Assembly: GCA_043228905.1 (NCBI GenBank)
Contig: JBHGNT010000011.1
Span: 6,634,001-6,698,000, forward strand
DNA from: Azolla caroliniana
Lineage: Eukaryota > Plantae > Polypodiophyta
Direction of reading: 5' to 3'
DNA: 64,000 nt
Positions 59,303 to 64,000 of this stretch are shown piece by piece. Within the stretch, counting starts at the first letter, position 1; each line of letters begins with the position of its first letter. A program made the translations under genes and the position numbers. Below the pieces are notes generated by a model. That model was given only the letters and a program-made list of their open reading frames with translations, had not been told where the DNA came from and ran no database searches.

Positions 59303-60457
59303 ATCCACGTGTTGGAGAAAGTATCCATCATACAACTTGTTCTGAGCTAGGACCGGAATGTAAAAAACGAAGCCCAGTTTCGTTGTTAGTACCAAGGATG
59401 CAAGGAAATTCGTATAGGAGGGAATACCCGTGAGTGCACTCGGACTAGATCATGGTAAATAGCGCCCTGCCTTGAGGAGGACCCATTGTACTTGGAAGGT
59501 CGAAAACGAAGCCTGATGTCGTTTCTAGTACAGGTGATGCAACGAAATTCGTCCTCGTATGAGCGGGAATACCCACGAGTACACTCGGACGAGATCATGG
59601 TAAATAGTGCCCTGCCTTGAGGAGAACCCATTGTACCTGGAAGGTCGAAAACGAAGTCCGATGTCGTCTCTAGTACAAGTGATGCAACGAAATTCGTCTC
59701 GTATGGGCGGGAATACCCACAAGTGCACTCGGACGAGCTAATGGTAAATAGCGCCCTGTGTTGAGGAGAACCCATTGTACCTCGAAAGGGGTACTGGATT
59801 CGAGGGATCGTGCAAAGCATTGAGCACATAGCAGTGCGGGATCCTAGGGTTTGGAAGGGGTAGAGGATCTGAGGGAACGAGCAAAGCATTGAGCATATGG
59901 CGTTGTCGGATTCTCGGCAACAATGCACGAGCAGATGACATCCGATTCACCCCGCGCTTTGCTCCGTTTTCGGTGACCCAACCGGTGTGATAGGTAGGAA
60001 TACTCACCATTATACTACAACGACATCCTTTGTTAGAGGAATTATCGATCATACAACTTGTTCGGAGGATGGACCGGAATGTCGAAAACGAGGCCCAATT
60101 TCGTTGCTAGTATAGGGGTTGCAAGGAAATTCGTTCTCACATACCCGCGAGTGCACTAGGAGGAGATCTTGGTAATATGGGCCCTTTGCTCCGTTTCCGG
60201 TGACCCAACCGGTGTGATAGGTAGGAATACTCACCATTATACTACAACGACATCCTTTGTTAAAGGAATTATCGATCATACAACTTGTTCGGAGGATGGA
60301 CCGGAATGTCGAAAACGAGGCCCAATTTCGTTGCTAGTATAGGGGTTCGAAAAGGGTAGAGGATTTGGGAGAGTGAGCAAACCGTTGGGTATATGGCGGT
60401 GGGGTATTCTCGACAGTAGTGCCCTAGGAGATGACATCGGATTTGCTCCGCCCTTCG

Positions 60458-60529
60458 CGCCATTATCAGGGATCGAACACGGGTCACCCGTGTGACAGGC
60501 AAGAATACTCACCACTATACTACGACTAC
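60458..60529 (-). pseudogene. tRNA-Asp(GTC)-like copy
   Basis: 72-nt homolog; last unit before an LTR. Confidence 0.78.
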
Positions 60530-60541
60530 ATCCTTGTTTTG

Positions 60542-63500
60542 TGTTGTTTGGTCAACACTCAACTTCGTCACAGAAAACCCAATATATATGAGCGTTATAA
60601 TCCAAAAGTTCTATCAGAGAAGTGAAGAGTGTGAATGGATTAGAAGTGAAGAGTGTGAATGTACTACGATACGATATTATGTATCGTGATCGGTTCTGTT
60701 AGTTAGTATAGATATAGCAGAACAACATATAGATTTATAAAATGTTGACAAGTGCTCAGAGTTCTACAACTAACAAAACTATATTAACTAAAAATAGATG
60801 ACCTTTTTACAATGCCTTCGGTTCCTTTTATAGGTAACCATAAAGGCTTTCTCAGCAAGAAATACATATTTCCTTACCGGCAAGAACTACACAACTTATA
60901 ACTAGCTTAATATTTGGTAATTTATTATTTCAGAAAATTGCTGACTCATCGATCCTCGTGGTCGATCCGACCCCGACTCTGGACGCTTCTACACTTGTTT
61001 GACCGCCCCTTGTCCGGGTAACACTTGGCACGCCCATGGGCTAGGGCTTTGCCCAGTCGAACCCATGGCGACAGATTACTCTTGTTGGTCGGATCGAGGC
61101 TCGTCCTCTTCTTCTGCATCATCCTAGAAAATGTCAAACAATGATGGTTCTACTTCATCTTCTTTGGAGTCCATTTTATTAGTTTCTTCTTCCTCAGCTT
61201 CTTCTGGATCAGTGGTGTGGGTTGTGGTTGGTAGTTGTCAGGATGTTGTGGCACCAAGCTCAGGTGTTTGACTTTGTCTTCCTTGTTCATACCCATCTAA
61301 TTGCACAGAGGTGTCAATTTCGTGCTTATCAAATTCTTGCATAAGTTGGCTTATTTCTTCTTGATGTGTTGCTATCATATCATACAAGTCACGAGCAATT
61401 TCTTCATGTACTGTTGAAATTGCCTCATCCGTTAGTTTGAAAAATCTGGTTCTTTGTGTTTTCCGGTTGTCCCTGTCAGCTCTTAATAGTTGAAGTTCGG
61501 CTGCCTGTTTCGACCATGTTTTCCACCCTTTGTCCAAAGAATCAGATACTAACTTCAAAGTGTTGATTCTATGGCGTTTCAGTATTGCCTTAATTTTTTC
61601 TTCATCCATACTTGCCCTGTATTGTGCTTCTACTAGTTGCTTGCGTAAATCTGTTATTTGTGTAGTTGCCAATCCTTCCGCTTGCATGAGCTTGGCCTCT
61701 ACGACCAACAGGTCCAATCTTTGCCTTTCATACTGATCTTCGAGTTTTGTTCAATGATTTATTAATTCAGAATTCGTCAATTCCCATTGTCTCTTGTCGT
61801 CTTCATGTGCCTCTTGTACAACTGTACTTTTAAGCTCTACTTCCACCATCTGGTCAGCAAAATAATCCTCCTGGCACATATTCTTCTAATTCCAGTATCT
61901 GCTCCTCATTTTGCCTTTTCTCCTCTTGTTGTTGTGCCAATAATCGTTTGAGCTTCTGTATCGCTGCATCTTTTGCATCTAATCATTTTCCAACTTCTGT
62001 TTTAGCTAGAAGTAGCCTATCTGAACTATCTTTTTGTCCCTTGCGTGGGTGCTTCTTCTGCTCGTGTTCTTGCAGATCGAGTAGATGCTTCTGCTTCTTG
62101 CAATCTTTGTTTCAATTCCTGCTTAGAGTTGGAAAGCCTGTTTGGTTGTTGGCGTGTTAATAATTCTTCTTCGGCTTTCTTTAGTTTTTCTTCAGTCGGC
62201 CAACATTTCTCCAACAGTTCTTCTTTTTCAGCCTGCGTACTTGTATATTTCTCATTCAAAACTTCCGACGCTGCCATTGATTTTTTGTATAAATCAGCCA
62301 TATCTTTGGCTGCTCTGCTTGCTCATTCATATTCCTTGTGCACTTCCACCAGTGCCTCATGCAAGGGAGGTATTTGTATCGCTTCCCCCTTATTTTTGAT
62401 CCTTTCAACCTCCCGTTGTTCTTCTGGCTCGACAGCTCCACTTAAGGATTTTTGAATCATTATATTATCCTGATGCTCCCGTGCCATTCTTTCGGACACC
62501 TCCTGTAACCTGCGTCCTAACCATTCTACTAAATCATAAGATGTACCAAATTGTAGAATGGCTACTAGAGGAATGTCGGAAAAGCCTGTTGCTTCCCATA
62601 TTGTTGTTACTGATGTTTGGCCTTCTTGAATTCTGCTTGTATCATTTGGATTAATCTGAGTTGCTGGTTTTGAAACTTGCTCCACCGTTCTTTGCTTTTT
62701 CTATGTAGGTTCGCCTTGCTACGCCTGCGGAAATCGTTGTGACCTATGCTTGACTTGATACGATCTTTCCTCAGTAGGGAGCGGAACTTGTTGTTGTGCT
62801 TGCATTGGTTGCTCCGATTCAGTGTTGATTGGTGTTGGGTTGGGTTGGTAAGTTGGTGGTGAGGCTAGAAGAGGCATAGAGGTTTGCATCGCAGTCTGTG
62901 TTGCCTCCGGTACCTATGTAGCTTCCGATTGTTGTCGGACTAGTTCCGACTGAATCTCATTGACCTATGTCGATCCTCCTTCTTGCCATTCCTCTCGCTG
63001 TACTTGCCTTTTGGCTCTGGGAGTTGGTCATGGCCTTGTCTGTCTTTGTTCCTCCTGTTGGTTTTCCGAAGTAGGTGTTAGAAATAGCACCAACTACCAC
63101 CGTGCAAAAATCGGCTTCATCGGCTTGCCTATTTGCAGCCCCCAACACTTGCTCTTTTAGAGCTTCTGCCGTCAATAATCCCCAATCAAATTTTTCTCCT
63201 TCATAAGTGGTGATAATAAAGCCTACCCGCTTTTTCGGCATGCAGTAAAACCTGGGGCTAACGAATCCTACCTTTAGTAAGAATTTTTCCACTTTTTGAA
63301 AGAATTTATCTTCCCCTCCATATGTCTGATAGGCTTTTGCCGACGGGGAGTATTCACCGAAATACGACCGCAACATCTGCTTGTCCATCTTCTGAACTGC
63401 CAGAAACCCTTCCCTTTTTAGATTCAAAATGTGACGTACTTGTTTATTTGTAATCTTCGCCACGTCAATTCGTTGGAGGATTTAGTAGCTCTTGGGTGAG

Positions 63501-63575
63501 TATCTGCATCTGCGACTTTGAAATAGCCTTGCAGACCCTTGTCCACGAGCCACTGTCGAAGGTTATTAGAGACCA
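60542..63575 (-). mobile_element. 3' part of a second, diverged non-chromovirus Gypsy: 3' LTR plus degenerate extra ORF
   Basis: LTR-like 60542-61023 (TGTTG...TAACA, CCTTTTATAGG, GATCCGAC.CCG as in 29733-30121). ORFs 62957-63463 and 61238-61717 are homologous to 32485-33057 and 30723-31223. Confidence 0.8.
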
Positions 63576-63579
63576 CGAT

Positions 63580-64000
63580 CAACATGAGTTCTTCTTCAAT
63601 AGTAAGATCAGTGCACCTTTCGGCGAAATATCATCCTTATGCCGACGTATTTGACAAGGTAAAAGACAATACTCTTCCTCATCATCGTCCCTACGATTGT
63701 CCCATCGATTTACAACCAGGACCAGAGCCACCATGGGGACGAATCTACAACTTGTCACCCACCGAGTTAGAAGTCCTTCGAGCCTACATAGAGAAGAACT
63801 TGGCAAGCGGTTTTATTCGTCATTCGAAATCTCCAACCGGAGCACCCATCTTCTTTGTCAAGAAGAAAGATGGTTCACTTCGTCTTGTCGTTGATTACCG
63901 CGGCTTAAATAAGGTCACCATCCGGAATAGGTATGCACTTCCTCTTATATCAAGTCTTTTAGAGCGAGTTAATGGTGCCAAGTTCTTTACAAAAATCGAT
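63580..64000 (+). mobile_element. Chromovirus (Tcn1-like) reverse transcriptase, runs off the window
   Basis: Manual translation [28 protein letters not shown]...[69 protein letters not shown]. Confidence 0.9.

Larger units (their letters stand above)
50165..60535 (-). repeat. Tandem array of ~290-350-bp units each containing a degenerate tRNA-Asp(GTC); interrupted by Copia 53756-59037
   Basis: Recurring blocks GAATACCCGTGAGTGCACTCGGACGAGATCATGGTAA and GAGCAAAGCATTGAGCATATGG plus the tRNA-Asp reverse complement; about 14 full or partial tRNA copies. Confidence 0.92.

Noticed and set aside
50400-60529. Functional tRNA-Asp genes
   Set aside because: Every copy has multiple stem or box substitutions and no adjacent oligo-T terminator; called pseudogenes pending covariance scoring.

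Overview
Heterochromatin-like eukaryotic window made almost entirely of nested transposable elements, probably from a non-seed land plant (inferred from Tcn1-type chromovirus pieces, plant tRNA-iMet primer sites and plant-type tRNA-Asp). It contains several Ty1/Copia and Ty3/Gypsy LTR retrotransposons. Five full-length ones and one solo LTR have readable target-site duplications (TSDs). It also contains a degenerate tRNA-Asp(GTC)-containing tandem array. The main discovery appears once the nested insertions are removed: a decayed DNA transposon of about 8 kb (about 17470-50035, left end not found). It carries (i) a Sola1-like DDE transposase with a possible SH3-barrel-like C-terminal domain, (ii) a divergently oriented, intron-containing gene for a ParB-like domain fused to a beta-class N6A/N4C DNA amino-methyltransferase, and (iii) a 51-bp-period array of a 29-bp palindrome in that gene's first intron. 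A 3-kb non-autonomous relative with the same terminal inverted repeat (TIR), a 4-bp TSD and the same palindromes sits at 25347-28398. Other oddities: two diverged Gypsy elements have an antisense tRNA-Arg primer-binding-like site where the polypurine tract (PPT) should be, plus a conserved extra ORF; and a chromovirus LTR begins with a tRNA-like Pol III promoter. All domain calls come from motif recognition by eye, not from database searches.
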